From an uncultured Bacteroidota bacterium (lineage in GTDB: Bacteria; Bacteroidota; Bacteroidia; Chitinophagales; Chitinophagaceae): a DNA stretch of 64,000 nt. The notes under the pieces are model-generated. The model ran no database searches and was not told the origin of the DNA. It saw only the letters and a list, made by a program, of their open reading frames with translations. The stretch lies in NCBI GenBank assembly GCA_903874055.1, contig CAIQQR010000112.1, positions 1,467-65,466 of the forward strand, given 5' to 3'. This document shows positions 1-10,214 of the stretch, in pieces (position 1 is the stretch's first letter; every line of letters starts with the position of its first letter). A program made the translations under genes and the position numbers.

Positions 1-705
1 AATTGGAATTTAATAACAGAAATCTTGGATTCAAATATGTTTTTGGATGCTATACATTTTAAAGATGCTGATAATGGTTGGATTGTAGGTGATCCAATTG
101 ACAAAAACATTTTTCTACTACACACAAAAGATAAAGGTAAAACTTGGCAGGAGGTTGGCATTGATTATTTTAAATCGAATGTTAATGAGGGAGAGGCATT
201 TTTTGCTTCTAGCTCTACTAACATGAAACATACAAAAGATGCTTTATTTATGGTGAGTGGTGGAACGTCAAGCAGGTTGTGGATTAATGGATTCCCTACT
301 AATATTCCAATTATTCAAGGTGCAAAATCCACTGGAGCCAATAGTATAGCCATTGCTCCTGATGAAAATAAAATGATTATAGTAGGAGGGGATTTTACAA
401 AAGATACCCTTAAAAAGAATAACTTTTTATGCCTAATTAAAAAATCAAATAAGAATAATCAAACTGAGTGGCAGCTTGCCAATAAATATCAAAATCCAAA
501 TGGATATAGATCCTGTGTTGAATTTATAGATAATAATTTGGTAGTTACTTGTGGAACTTCTGGAGTAGATATTTCAAAAAATGGAGGACAAAATTGGAAT
601 TTAATTTCGAATAAAAGCTTTCATGTAGTTCAACATCAACCTAATAAGAAAGCAGTATTTTTGGCTGGACCAAGTGGAAGCATCGGATATTTAAGTTTGG
701 ATTAA
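1..705 (+). CDS. BNR/Asp-box repeat beta-propeller protein (Ycf48/sialidase-like fold), 5' end cut by window edge
   Basis: The frame is open from base 1, with no stop before the TTG at 25 used by the ORF track. Asp-box-like motifs TKDKGKTW and SKNGGQNW are present. Stop at 703-705. Confidence 0.6.
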   Translation, partial: NWNLITEILDSNMFLDAIHFKDADNGWIVGDPIDKNIFLLHTKDKGKTWQEVGIDYFKSNVNEGEAFFASSSTNMKHTKDALFMVSGGTSSRLWINGFPTNIPIIQGAKSTGANSIAIAPDENKMIIVGGDFTKDTLKKNNFLCLIKKSNKNNQTEWQLANKYQNPNGYRSCVEFIDNNLVVTCGTSGVDISKNGGQNWNLISNKSFHVVQHQPNKKAVFLAGPSGSIGYLSLD

Positions 706-782
706 GATTGGCAATTTACTATACCCGAAAATCTTAATTATTTGTTTTTTATATTCTCAAGCTTAGCGTAACTTAGTACAAT

Positions 783-1073
783 ATGAAAAAGTTTCAGGCA
801 ATTATATCTTTTGACATGGATGAGGAGTTTATGACTTTGGTGCCACCGCATCGAACTTATATTAACTTTTTACTTAACAAAGGGACAATTGATAGTTATG
901 CAGTGAGTATGGAAACCCAAAATTCATGGATTACTATTAATGCAAATAGTAAAAAAGAGGTAAAAGACATACTTGAAAAGTCACCTTTAAGCAAATATTG
1001 GAGCTTTGAAATAGTGGAATTATTTGTTTATGACAGCCAATCCACTAGGCTTCCAGCAGTTCAATTAAATTAA
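783..1073 (+). CDS. Small conserved-looking hypothetical protein (96 aa), possibly a ferredoxin-like alpha+beta fold
   Basis: Clean ATG ORF in an otherwise non-coding gap with coding-like composition. I recognise no diagnostic motif. Confidence 0.45.
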   Translation: MKKFQAIISFDMDEEFMTLVPPHRTYINFLLNKGTIDSYAVSMETQNSWITINANSKKEVKDILEKSPLSKYWSFEIVELFVYDSQSTRLPAVQLN

Positions 1074-1085
1074 TTCAACTTTTTT

Positions 1086-1116
1086 TTGGGAGTTTACATT
1101 TTACCCCTTATTTTTG
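1086..1116 (+). promoter_or_regulatory. Candidate Bacteroidota sigma-A promoter for tRNA-Val (-33 TTG, -7 TATTTTTG)
   Basis: TTG at 1086-1088 and TATTTTTG (TAnnTTTG) at 1109-1116 are separated by a 20-nt spacer. The box ends 21 nt before the tRNA 5' end. Confidence 0.45.
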
Positions 1117-1136
1117 CACTCCTCAAAAGGGAAAAA

Positions 1137-1211
1137 GGGAGCATAGCTCAGTTGGTTCAGAGCATCTCGTTTACACCGAGAGGGTCCGCGGTTCGAGCCC
1201 GTGTGCTCCCA
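1137..1211 (+). tRNA. tRNA-Val (anticodon TAC)
   Basis: Hand-folded cloverleaf of 75 nt. Acceptor GGGAGCA pairs with TGCTCCC. D arm is GCTC/GAGC. Anticodon stem TCTCG/CGAGA carries loop TT-TAC-AC. T arm is CGCGG-TTCGAGC-CCGTG, with discriminator A. No encoded CCA. Confidence 0.93.
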
Positions 1212-1225
1212 CACAGTAATCTTAA

Positions 1226-1268
1226 AATCCTCAACATTTCTTAAAAGAGTGTTGAGGATTTTTGTTTT
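1226..1268 (+). terminator. Rho-independent terminator after tRNA-Val
   Basis: Perfect 11-bp stem AATCCTCAACA / TGTTGAGGATT, followed by TTTTTGTTTT. Confidence 0.75.
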
Positions 1269-1303
1269 ATCCCCTTTCGTCATTTTTGAACTATTTTTGA
1301 AAT

Positions 1304-2512
1304 ATGTCAGTATTTACTACTCCCCAAAAAATTATCATTACTTGTAATAAATGGCTAGCACCTGCTTTAAGGGCTGAGGTTATTGGATTGGGTTTTGATG
1401 TAGATCGTGTATTTCAAACAGGTGTTGAATTAACGGGTACTGTAAATGATTGTATTCGTTTGAATTTAAATTTAAGATGTGCAAGTCAAGTGATGTATTC
1501 ATTAAAAACATTCATTTGTAATGATCCCGATGAGTTGTATAAAAATTTAGTGACTATTCATTGGGAAAAAATGATCAAACCAGATGGTTATTTTTCTGTG
1601 ATTAGTAATGTTTTTAACGATACCATTTCAACTAATTTATTTGCCAATTTGAGAGTAAAAGATGCAATTGTAGATAGAATGCGTGAAGTGTCTGGGAAGC
1701 GCCCATCAACTGGATCTGAACTTTCAGGAGCCGTTGTATATTTATTTTGGAAAAATGAAGAAGCAGAAATATTTTTAGATACCTCAGGAGATTCTTTAGC
1801 TAGACATGGTTATAGAAAGTTACCAGGTAGAGCGCCAATGTTAGAAGCATTGGCATCGGCAACTATTCTTTCTACTAAATGGAATAGGTTTGGTGCTTTT
1901 GTAAATCCAATGTGTGGATCAGGAACTTTAGCCATTGAAGCTGCATTAATTGCAACTAAACGCGCGCCTGGTTTATTAAGAAGTAACTATGCATTTATGC
2001 ACTTGCTTGGATATGATAAAGCAGTTTATGAAAAAGAAAAAACCATTATTGAAGAGCAAGTAAGACATTTGCCCAACTTAACAATCATTGCTTCCGATAT
2101 AAGTAGAGACGCTATAAAAATTGCAAAAATCAATGCAGCTGTTGCTGGAGTAGAAGATTTGATTGATTTCCAAGTATGTGATTTTGAAGCTACTGAAATG
2201 CCTGAGCCAGAACAGGGTGCAGTTGTTGTAATTAATCCAGAATATGGAGAAAGGTTAGGGGAGGAGCTAGAGTTAGAGGCTACTTATGCGCGCATGGGTG
2301 ATTATATGAAAAATAAATGCAAGGGTATGACTGGCTATATTTTTACTGGCAATTTAGAGTTGGCTAAAAAAATAAGATTAAAGCCAAGTAGGCGCATAGA
2401 ATTTTTAAATGCAAAAATAGATTGTAGATTGCTTGAATATGAATTATATGCAGGCACTAAAAGAACAGATAAACCAAAAGATACTTTAGTTGATCCAACA
2501 GAAGTAGCTTAA
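1304..2512 (+). CDS. THUMP domain-containing class I SAM-dependent RNA methyltransferase (RlmL N-terminal-half/YpsC-like)
   Basis: 402 aa. N-terminal THUMP-like region, SAM-binding PMCGSGT motif and NPEYGER catalytic-type motif (N/D-P-P-Y class). A TATTTTTG box at 1292-1299 lies immediately upstream. Confidence 0.85.
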   Translation: MSVFTTPQKIIITCNKWLAPALRAEVIGLGFDVDRVFQTGVELTGTVNDCIRLNLNLRCASQVMYSLKTFICNDPDELYKNLVTIHWEKMIKPDGYFSVISNVFNDTISTNLFANLRVKDAIVDRMREVSGKRPSTGSELSGAVVYLFWKNEEAEIFLDTSGDSLARHGYRKLPGRAPMLEALASATILSTKWNRFGAFVNPMCGSGTLAIEAALIATKRAPGLLRSNYAFMHLLGYDKAVYEKEKTIIEEQVRHLPNLTIIASDISRDAIKIAKINAAVAGVEDLIDFQVCDFEATEMPEPEQGAVVVINPEYGERLGEELELEATYARMGDYMKNKCKGMTGYIFTGNLELAKKIRLKPSRRIEFLNAKIDCRLLEYELYAGTKRTDKPKDTLVDPTEVA

Positions 2513-2589
2513 TAAATATTGTTCTTTTTGCTTTCGAATATCTCTACTAATTTAGACTATATTTTGTCCACTTTATGCTGACGATTTAC

Positions 2590-2617
2590 AAAAAAATGAC
2601 TGGAGTAGCTCCATCAT
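2590..2617 (-). terminator. Probable rho-independent terminator of the DUF1343 gene (between convergent genes)
   Basis: On the minus strand the hairpin ATGATGGAG-CTA-CTCCAGTCAT (one bulge) is followed by TTTTTTTG. Confidence 0.5.
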
Positions 2618-2667
2618 TATTTAAAAAAATGAAATATGAGCGAAGTACAAATATTGAAAATATATAA

Positions 2668-3816
2668 TTATTGATATAGTAAATATGGTGCTATTGTTTC
2701 TTTCCATTCATTCACTTTTAATAACTTATTTATTTGTTGTAGCCATTGTTGTAATGGCAGTTCAAAAATACTTTCAGCTTCTGGGATCCCTAATAGTAAT
2801 GATAAATGATTTTCTCCGGAAAGATTTGCATTAGTAGGGTAAGGCATCCATTTGAAATCATTCGGATGAATGTCTTTTATCAATTTTAAAAGTAAAAGTC
2901 CATTTAAAACACTATCAAAATGATAGGGGTCTATCACTTTAATTCTTATTCCTTTAAATAATATTTCAATTTTTATATCCTCACTTAAAATATTTTGGCA
3001 TACCATTTTAATGGCATCAATATTAAACCAATCAGCTCCAATCCATTCAAACGAATAAGGAGTGCCGCGACCTATTGATACATTAGTCGCTTCAAAAAAA
3101 CATAAACCTGGGTATAAAATATTGGCTTCGATATTTTGTAAAGCAGGGGATGGGTTCGTCCATTTTACATTCCAGTCATAAAATAATTTAGCTCTATCCC
3201 AATGAGTAGCATTATTATTTACGCATTTTATAATTTCCAAATCTGCATTCCAACTTTGTGTTTTATTAAAATAGTTGGCTAATTCACCTAAAGTACATTG
3301 ATGTTTAATGGGGATATTAAAACGTCCTATGAAACTTGTCACATTTTCATGGAGCATGGGGCCTTCACAATTGAATAAGTTGCCTCCAAGTGGATTAGGT
3401 CGATCAAGTATGATTACTTTTTTATTGAATTTTGCAGCAGCTTCTATCCAATAGGTCATAGACCATAAATAGGTGTAAAATCGAGTACCCGCATCAGGAA
3501 TATCAAATAACATGATATCAATATCTTTTAAATCAATTTCAGTTGGTATCAATTTTTCACCATACAAACTTGTAATGGAAAGACCTGTAGTATCATCAAA
3601 ACCATCATTAATATATGCGCCATCTGCAGCTGTTGCATTAATGCCATGTTCTGGTGAAAAAAGTTTGATAATATTAAAACCAGCCTCCTTTAATGCTTGT
3701 CTGCTTAAAATGCCTTTATTTGTTTTTGCTGCATCATTGGTGAGTAAACCAATGGGCCTATTTTTCCAATCCGGATTTTGTTTTAATAAAATATCTATAC
3801 CAAATTGTAAAGGCAT
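2668..3816 (-). CDS. namZ: DUF1343 family protein (exo-beta-N-acetylmuramidase NamZ-like)
   Basis: 382 aa. The N-terminal GLLTN motif and overall length and pattern are typical of DUF1343/YbbC/NamZ proteins. Confidence 0.75.
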   Translation of the reverse strand: MPLQFGIDILLKQNPDWKNRPIGLLTNDAAKTNKGILSRQALKEAGFNIIKLFSPEHGINATAADGAYINDGFDDTTGLSITSLYGEKLIPTEIDLKDIDIMLFDIPDAGTRFYTYLWSMTYWIEAAAKFNKKVIILDRPNPLGGNLFNCEGPMLHENVTSFIGRFNIPIKHQCTLGELANYFNKTQSWNADLEIIKCVNNNATHWDRAKLFYDWNVKWTNPSPALQNIEANILYPGLCFFEATNVSIGRGTPYSFEWIGADWFNIDAIKMVCQNILSEDIKIEILFKGIRIKVIDPYHFDSVLNGLLLLKLIKDIHPNDFKWMPYPTNANLSGENHLSLLLGIPEAESIFELPLQQWLQQINKLLKVNEWKETIAPYLLYQ

Positions 3817-3845
3817 ATTCCTTGTTTATGAGTATTGCTATAAAT

Positions 3846-4406
3846 TTATAATTCGGCTTTAAATCCAGATTCAATTTTTAAAGTCTCCATTACATTAAAA
3901 ATAATGGGACATCTATCATAGTGCATGTAAGTTGTAAATAACCTTTTATTAAAATCGGGCACATGAAATGCGGGAAATTCCTTGCATCCAGCAAACCTAT
4001 GTTCATATACACTACAACTATTGCCAATTAGAAAATGGCAGGGAATCGCATTTACTACCATACGACCTGATTCTCCTTTATCTAGGTATTTTTCGTCAAA
4101 TTCAGCCCTGGTCTGTCCTAAATGTGAAGATAAGTTATTGGCTTCTTCCTCGTTAATATTTACCATTAAGCTCTTGCAGCAATTGCCGCAGTCAGTACAT
4201 TCTATTTTCGGAGAAATGGCCTCAGAAAGGTCAAAAACGGCTTTATCTAAGCTTAAACTGTCCAAATTCCTTAAAAAATCTTGAAATTGGTGGTTTTCTG
4301 CTTCTAATTCAATTGACTTGTTTTTGATAAATTCAAGGTCAACGATGGGATATGTTTGATTGTTTTCGATGGTATAAAGATAATATATAAATCCTTTTAT
4401 CCACAT
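3846..4406 (-). CDS. YkgJ-family cysteine-cluster (putative Fe-S/zinc) protein
   Basis: CTDCGNCC motif plus a later C...C..C cluster (CHFLIGNSCSVYEHRFAGC). The ORF track extends to 4478, but the parE promoter box sits at 4454-4461, so I prefer the internal ATG at 4406. Start is uncertain. Confidence 0.65.
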   Translation of the reverse strand: MWIKGFIYYLYTIENNQTYPIVDLEFIKNKSIELEAENHQFQDFLRNLDSLSLDKAVFDLSEAISPKIECTDCGNCCKSLMVNINEEEANNLSSHLGQTRAEFDEKYLDKGESGRMVVNAIPCHFLIGNSCSVYEHRFAGCKEFPAFHVPDFNKRLFTTYMHYDRCPIIFNVMETLKIESGFKAEL

Positions 4407-4431
4407 TTGCTCTTTTTTGTACCAATTTAGA

Positions 4432-4461
4432 TTGTAAAAGAGGCTATGCGCATTAGATTTG
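4432..4461 (+). promoter_or_regulatory. Candidate sigma-A promoter for parE (-33 TTG, -7 TAGATTTG)
   Basis: TTG at 4432-4434 and TAGATTTG at 4454-4461 are separated by a 19-nt spacer. The box is about 44 nt upstream of the ATG at 4505. Confidence 0.45.
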
Positions 4462-4504
4462 CAGCTAGACCAGGGCATTTTATGCCCATAAAGTATTGAT
4501 AATT

Positions 4505-6400
4505 ATGGCAGATGTAAAGAACGGGGCAGAATATAATGAAGACTCCATTAGGTCGCTTGATTGGAAAGAGCATATAAGGCTTAGACCAGGTATGTATATT
4601 GGTAAATTAGGGGATGGTACTGCACCTGATGATGGTATCTATGTTTTAATAAAAGAGGTTATAGATAACTGTATTGATGAACATACCATGGGATATGGTA
4701 AGCAGGTTGAAATTTCAATTCAAGATAAAACAGTAACCATTCGTGACTATGGTCGTGGAATTCCATTGGGTAAAATTGTAGACGTAGTTAGTAAAATAAA
4801 TACGGGTGCTAAATACGATAGTAAAGCCTTTCAAAAATCGGTGGGGTTGAATGGTGTGGGTACAAAAGCAGTGAATGCTTTAAGTGAGGATTTTACTGTT
4901 ACTGCATTTAGAGAGGGGAAATCTCGCGCTGCTAGTTTTCAAAAAGGACAATTAATAAACGAGACAAAGGAAATAAAAACTACCGAAGCAAATGGTACAT
5001 TAGTTGTTTTTACGCCTGATGCTACCGTATTTAAAAACTACCATTTCATTTACGAATATATAGAGAGCCAACTTTGGAATTATTGTTATTTGAATGCGGG
5101 TTTGGTAATTCATTTTAACGATAAAAAGTTTGTAAGTAAAAATGGCTTATTGGATTTATTGGAGCGTAAAACGAATCCTGATGAATTAAGATATCCAATC
5201 ATGCATTTAAAAGGAGAGGATATCGAAGTGGCTGTTTCACATAATAACGATTACGGCGAGGATATTTTTTCTTTTGTAAATGGTCAGTACACAACACAAG
5301 GAGGTACCCACCAACAAGCATTTAGAGAAGCCTATGTAAAAGTGATTCGTGATTTTTATAAAAAAGATTATGAGGCTTCGGATATCAGAACCAGTATAGT
5401 TGCTGCAGTTTCGGTACGTGTACAAGAACCTGTATTTGAAAGTCAGACCAAAACTAAGTTAGGTTCTCAAAATGTAGCGGATGGTGGCCCAAGCATGAAA
5501 AACTTTGTTACTGAGTTTTTAGCTAAGGAGCTGGATAACTTCCTGCATCGTAATGCAGGCGTTGCGGATGCATTAAAAAAACGCATTGAGCAAAATGAGC
5601 GTGAACGAAAAGAATTAGCAGGTATCAAAAAATTAGCCAATGAGCGCGCTAAGAAAGCCAATTTGCACAATAAAAAATTAAGAGATTGCCGTGTACACTT
5701 AAATGACGATTTGCCTTCCAAGAATAAGGAAATGTTTATTGCTACGCAACAGGCAAGTACATTATTTATTACCGAGGGCGACTCTGCAAGTGGAAGTATC
5801 ACTAAGTCACGCAATGTAGATACGCAAGCGGTATTTAGTTTAAGAGGTAAACCATTGAACGCTTTTGGTTTAACAAAAAAAGTGGTTTACGAAAATGAAG
5901 AGTTTAACTTATTGCAACATGCTTTAAATATTGAAGACGGATTGGAAGGATTGCGTTATAACAATATTGTTATTGCTACCGATGCCGACGTGGACGGTAT
6001 GCACATTCGTTTATTAATGCTTACTTTCTTTTTACAATTTTTCCCTGACTTAGTAAAACGTGGTCATGTATTTGTTTTGGAAACACCATTGTTCCGTGTG
6101 CGTAACAAACAAAAAACTATTTATTGTTACGATGAAAATGAAAAGCAAAAAGCAATTAGTGAATTAGGAAGCAAACCAGAGATTACTCGATTTAAGGGTT
6201 TGGGTGAGATAAGTCCCGAAGAGTTTGGAAAGTTTATTAATACGGATATTAAATTAGCACCAGTTATTTTAGAACAAGGGGATCATATTCAACATTTGTT
6301 GGAATATTATATGGGTAAAAATTCACAAGAAAGACAAGATTTTATTATCAATAATTTAAAAGTAGAACTAGATAAAGCGCATGATACACTTAGTGTTTAA
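4505..6400 (+). CDS. parE: DNA topoisomerase IV subunit B (type IIA topoisomerase ATPase subunit)
   Basis: GHKL ATPase N-terminus ([15 protein letters not shown]). Toprim EGDSA and DADVDG motifs. About 630 aa without the GyrB insert. Paired with a ParC-type A subunit downstream. ATG at 4505 is preferred over the TTG at 4496. Confidence 0.88.
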   Translation: MADVKNGAEYNEDSIRSLDWKEHIRLRPGMYIGKLGDGTAPDDGIYVLIKEVIDNCIDEHTMGYGKQVEISIQDKTVTIRDYGRGIPLGKIVDVVSKINTGAKYDSKAFQKSVGLNGVGTKAVNALSEDFTVTAFREGKSRAASFQKGQLINETKEIKTTEANGTLVVFTPDATVFKNYHFIYEYIESQLWNYCYLNAGLVIHFNDKKFVSKNGLLDLLERKTNPDELRYPIMHLKGEDIEVAVSHNNDYGEDIFSFVNGQYTTQGGTHQQAFREAYVKVIRDFYKKDYEASDIRTSIVAAVSVRVQEPVFESQTKTKLGSQNVADGGPSMKNFVTEFLAKELDNFLHRNAGVADALKKRIEQNERERKELAGIKKLANERAKKANLHNKKLRDCRVHLNDDLPSKNKEMFIATQQASTLFITEGDSASGSITKSRNVDTQAVFSLRGKPLNAFGLTKKVVYENEEFNLLQHALNIEDGLEGLRYNNIVIATDADVDGMHIRLLMLTFFLQFFPDLVKRGHVFVLETPLFRVRNKQKTIYCYDENEKQKAISELGSKPEITRFKGLGEISPEEFGKFINTDIKLAPVILEQGDHIQHLLEYYMGKNSQERQDFIINNLKVELDKAHDTLSV

Positions 6401-7220
6401 CACAGCAGATATTGCTGCATTAGAGGCTGCCATAGAGCTAGACGAGAACCTAGCTGGCAAAGTAATTGAAATTAAGGACGACTACGCTGTTGGGCCATTA
6501 CTAGATATATATGAAACCGAAGGCTATCAAGTGCGTCGTGATTGGTGGAAAAATGTATTGGAATTTTCTCCTTATGCAGAGCAGTTGGATATTGTGGATG
6601 ATAAATTAACGGTACATCAATTAATCAATGCATTGAATCATGATGAAAATGAAGTGATATGGATTTGGATGGGACAAAATGCACATGATGTATCGGGATA
6701 TTATTGGTTTATGAGTCAGGTTAAAGACTACCAAGGTCGTATTCAGGTTTTGTATTTAAACAATTTGCCATTCTTAAATGAAAAGGGACAATTGTTTTAC
6801 CCAACCTATTTAAGTCAAATTCAACCTAAGGAATTTTTGAAGGCAAAGAAATTAGCTAGACCTATTACTTTAAGTGAGTTTGAATTAGATCCAGATGAGT
6901 GGAAGAAACTGTGCATGGAAAATGAAGGAGTACGTTTCTTAGAAGGTGGCAAAAAGTTAGTAAGCATGAACATAGGTTGCTATGATAAAGAAATATTGTC
7001 CTTACTTACTAAAAATGCGCAAAAACTTCCAAGCGCATTAAGCAATATTATGGCCAAATTAAAAGTTAAATTAGGCGATGCATTTATTGTTTACCGTTTA
7101 AAAGAAATGGAACAAGCAGGTAAAATTGTTTTTGTGGGTGATTGGGCTAAGGGATGGAAGGATATAGTGGTACAAATGCCAGGTGGTGTTGGAGTAGTTG
7201 TTGAAACTGAAGTGGAATAA
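6381..7220 (+). CDS. DUF1835/DUF3658-like protein of unknown function
   Basis: 279 aa. The N-terminus [10 protein letters not shown]...DDYAVGPL resembles the DUF1835 N-terminal strand and D.L..GP pattern. Its ATG overlaps the parE stop by 20 nt. Confidence 0.7.
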   Translation: MIHLVFNTADIAALEAAIELDENLAGKVIEIKDDYAVGPLLDIYETEGYQVRRDWWKNVLEFSPYAEQLDIVDDKLTVHQLINALNHDENEVIWIWMGQNAHDVSGYYWFMSQVKDYQGRIQVLYLNNLPFLNEKGQLFYPTYLSQIQPKEFLKAKKLARPITLSEFELDPDEWKKLCMENEGVRFLEGGKKLVSMNIGCYDKEILSLLTKNAQKLPSALSNIMAKLKVKLGDAFIVYRLKEMEQAGKIVFVGDWAKGWKDIVVQMPGGVGVVVETEVE

Positions 7221-7253
7221 TTTATAAATAAAAGAGATACTAACACTTTAATA

Positions 7254-7622
7254 ATGCGTATAACAATTAGCCCTATCAATTTAAAAGCAGCTGATGAACG
7301 AGGGGCTTTGCATTATTTTAGTACGGATAGAACTGGCGAATTTTTATTAGTGTATCGAAATGCGGGAAGCATAAGCGGACAGCATTATCACAAAGGAAAT
7401 TCTGCTGATAAAAATCCAGAAGATATGTTATTGGTACAAGGAACTGCAAGCTTACACTGCAGGGATTTGAATACCAATGAAGAAAAAACTTTCGAATTGG
7501 TTGCACCTACTAGGGTTTTAATTCAGGCTAATGTTTGGCATGAATTAACAGCAATCACAGATATTGTTTTTGTAGAATTAAATAGTTTAGTAGAAGGTAG
7601 TGAAGACACTTACCGACTTTAA
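7254..7622 (+). CDS. Small cupin-fold protein (WxcM/FdtA-like sugar ketoisomerase-type cupin)
   Basis: 122 aa. The GQHYHKG motif and a later WHEL motif fit a single cupin barrel. Confidence 0.6.
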   Translation: MRITISPINLKAADERGALHYFSTDRTGEFLLVYRNAGSISGQHYHKGNSADKNPEDMLLVQGTASLHCRDLNTNEEKTFELVAPTRVLIQANVWHELTAITDIVFVELNSLVEGSEDTYRL

Positions 7623-7655
7623 TGAACTTGAATAAAGTTCGAATTAAGAATAGTT

Positions 7656-10178
7656 ATGGCAAAAGAGAAAAATTTAGGAAGAGTAACGGAGAATGAATCA
7701 GGTGTTCAAGGCCAGTATAAAAACTGGTTTTTAGACTATGCTTCTTATGTAATATTAGAAAGAGCGGTTCCTGCAATTGAAGATGGTTTAAAACCTGTAC
7801 AAAGAAGAATCTTACATGCCATGAAGGAAATGGATGATGGAAGATTCAATAAGGTTGCAAATATCATTGGTCAAAGTATGCAGTATCACCCGCATGGTGA
7901 TGCGAGTATTGGAGACGCATTGGTAAATATTGGACAAAAGAATTTATTAGTGGAAACACAGGGTAACTGGGGTGATGTGCGTACCGGTGATTCTGCTGCT
8001 GCTTCAAGATACATCGAAGCGCGTTTAAGTAAATTCGCTTTAGAAGTAGCTTTTAATGCAAAGACTACCGAATGGGCTTTAAGTTATGATGGTCGAAAAA
8101 ACGAACCTGTGACATTGCCAATGAAGTTCCCTTTATTATTAGCACAAGGTGCGGATGGAATTGCAGTGGGTCTTTCTACTAAAATATTGCCACATAATTT
8201 TAATGAATTATTGGAGGCTAGTATTAAACATTTAAGAGGGCGTAAATTTGAATTATTACCTGATTTTCAAACAGGTGGTATGATTGACGCTTCTAATTAT
8301 AATGATGGTAAAAGAGGGGGCAAAGTAAGGGTGCGTGCTCATATTGAAGAGCTTGATAAAAAAACATTATTAATTAAGGACGTTCCGTATAGTGTGACTA
8401 CTACTCAATTAATGGAGAGTATTACCAAGGCAAACGATCAAGGTAAGATAAAAATTAAAAAAGTAACCGACGTTACAGCGGCCGAAGTGGAAATACAAAT
8501 TGATTTGGCTACGGGTATTTCTCCAGACATCACAATAGATGCTTTATATGCATTCACGGATTGTGAAATTAGTTTATCGCCCAATGCTTGTGTGATTGTA
8601 AACAATCGCCCTCAGTTTTTAGGGGCAAGTGATTTATTGAAATATTCAGTAGAACATACCAAAGGTTTGTTAAAAGCTGAACTTGAAATTCAATTAAAAG
8701 AATTAGAAAGCAAATGGCATTTTACTAGCTTGGAAAAAATATTTTTTGAAGAAAAAATTTACCAAGAGTTAGAGAAAAAACATTTGAATTGGGATAAAGT
8801 AATGGATGCCATTGATAAAGCTTTTGAACCATTTAAAAAGAAATTCAAAAAGCCAATTGAGCGGGAAGATTTATTAAAATTAACAGATAAACCTGTTCGC
8901 AGAATCTATAAATTAGATATAGAGGATTTAATCCAGCAAATCAAAAATATCGAAGCTGAAATTAAAGAAACCAAAAATCATTTAGATAATTTAGTGGATT
9001 ATGCTGTTGCTTATTACGAAGGATTGCAAAAAAAATATGGTAAAGGAAAAGAGCGTAAAACGGAGATTAAAGAATTTGATACCATACAGGTTAAACAAGT
9101 TGCCATCGCAAACACGAAATTGTATATTAATAAAGCGGAAGGATTTATAGGAACGAGTTTAAAGAAAGATGAATTCTTATGCGATTGTACCGACTATGAT
9201 GATATCATTGCGTTTACCAAATCGGGTATTATGAAAGTGGTAAAAGTATCTGACAAAGTTTTTATTGGCAAGGACATAATTCATGCAGCAGTATTCCAAA
9301 AGAATGATGAACGTACTACCTACAATATGGTATATGTTGATGGTGCAAGTGGCATTAGTTATGCAAAACGTTTTAATGTAACAGGGGTAACTCGTGATAA
9401 GGAATATCCATTGGCAAAGAGTGTAGAGAAATCTAAAGTGCATTATATGTCTGTGAATGCAAATGGGGAAGCAGAGTCTGTGAAAATTATTTTAAGTCCA
9501 AATTGTACGGCAAGAATAAAAGAGTTTGATTTTTATTTTGAAACCTTGGAAGTGAAAGGAAGAAGCAGTGTAGGAAATCAAGTAACAAAATATCCAATAA
9601 AAACGGTTCGCTTAAAAGAAGCAGGAAAGAGCACCTTGGTTGGTCGCAAACTTTGGTTTGACGATAAGTTTGGTCGTTTAAACAATGAGGAAAAAGGAAT
9701 TTATTTAGGCACATTTGAGGATGAAAAATTATTGGTATTTACTAAAGATGGGTACTATGAAGTAACAGATACAGAAACATCTCAAAGATTTGATCCTGAA
9801 AAAGTGTTGAGCATTGAAAAGTTTAATCCTGAAAAAGTAGTTACTGCTGTTTATTTAGATAAAGACAAATTACAGTTTAATATTAAACGCTTTAAGATTG
9901 AAACCACTACTTTAAGATCGCCATTTTCTTGTATTAAGGAAGGAGAAGGTAATTATTTGGCGGCAGTTTCCACTTCGATTGAGCCTATTTTAGTAATAAA
10001 TACTGGAAAAGGTACTCAAATAAGAAAAGCCAAATTTAAAGTAAGCAAAATAGTAGATATTATGGGTTGGAAAGCTGTGGGTACCAAACTAACTGACTAT
10101 AATAAAACCATCGAAATGGAATGGGAAACTAAAGTAGTTATTAAAGATCCTAACGACGAACAACCAGAATTGTTCTAA
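7656..10178 (+). CDS. parC: DNA topoisomerase IV subunit A
   Basis: N-terminus YKNWFLDYASYVILERAVP...DGLKPVQRRILH. Active-site AASRYIEARL tyrosine motif. 840 aa. Confidence 0.88.
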   Translation: MAKEKNLGRVTENESGVQGQYKNWFLDYASYVILERAVPAIEDGLKPVQRRILHAMKEMDDGRFNKVANIIGQSMQYHPHGDASIGDALVNIGQKNLLVETQGNWGDVRTGDSAAASRYIEARLSKFALEVAFNAKTTEWALSYDGRKNEPVTLPMKFPLLLAQGADGIAVGLSTKILPHNFNELLEASIKHLRGRKFELLPDFQTGGMIDASNYNDGKRGGKVRVRAHIEELDKKTLLIKDVPYSVTTTQLMESITKANDQGKIKIKKVTDVTAAEVEIQIDLATGISPDITIDALYAFTDCEISLSPNACVIVNNRPQFLGASDLLKYSVEHTKGLLKAELEIQLKELESKWHFTSLEKIFFEEKIYQELEKKHLNWDKVMDAIDKAFEPFKKKFKKPIEREDLLKLTDKPVRRIYKLDIEDLIQQIKNIEAEIKETKNHLDNLVDYAVAYYEGLQKKYGKGKERKTEIKEFDTIQVKQVAIANTKLYINKAEGFIGTSLKKDEFLCDCTDYDDIIAFTKSGIMKVVKVSDKVFIGKDIIHAAVFQKNDERTTYNMVYVDGASGISYAKRFNVTGVTRDKEYPLAKSVEKSKVHYMSVNANGEAESVKIILSPNCTARIKEFDFYFETLEVKGRSSVGNQVTKYPIKTVRLKEAGKSTLVGRKLWFDDKFGRLNNEEKGIYLGTFEDEKLLVFTKDGYYEVTDTETSQRFDPEKVLSIEKFNPEKVVTAVYLDKDKLQFNIKRFKIETTTLRSPFSCIKEGEGNYLAAVSTSIEPILVINTGKGTQIRKAKFKVSKIVDIMGWKAVGTKLTDYNKTIEMEWETKVVIKDPNDEQPELF

Positions 10179-10214
10179 ATTTATATAAAGGTTTCAAAAC
10201 CAAAATAAAAAGCC

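Noticed and set aside
1101-1283. 60-aa minus-strand ORF
   Set aside because: It lies entirely across tRNA-Val and its terminator. It is an artefact of the tRNA sequence.
2596-2667. 23-codon ORF (MTGVAPSLFKKMKYERSTNIENI) in the gap between convergent genes
   Set aside because: Its first 22 nt form the terminator hairpin. It has no upstream -7 box and is too short to assess, so it is likely fortuitous.
3512-4284. Plus-strand ORFs 3512-3862, 3968-4156 and 3982-4284
   Set aside because: They are antisense shadows of the DUF1343 and YkgJ genes. They have no motifs, and the sense-strand genes have clear family signatures.
4472-4486. Perfect small palindrome GGGCAT-TTT-ATGCCC upstream of parE
   Set aside because: The stem is only 6 bp, and it sits in the probable parE 5' UTR. 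It could be regulatory but is too small to distinguish from chance.
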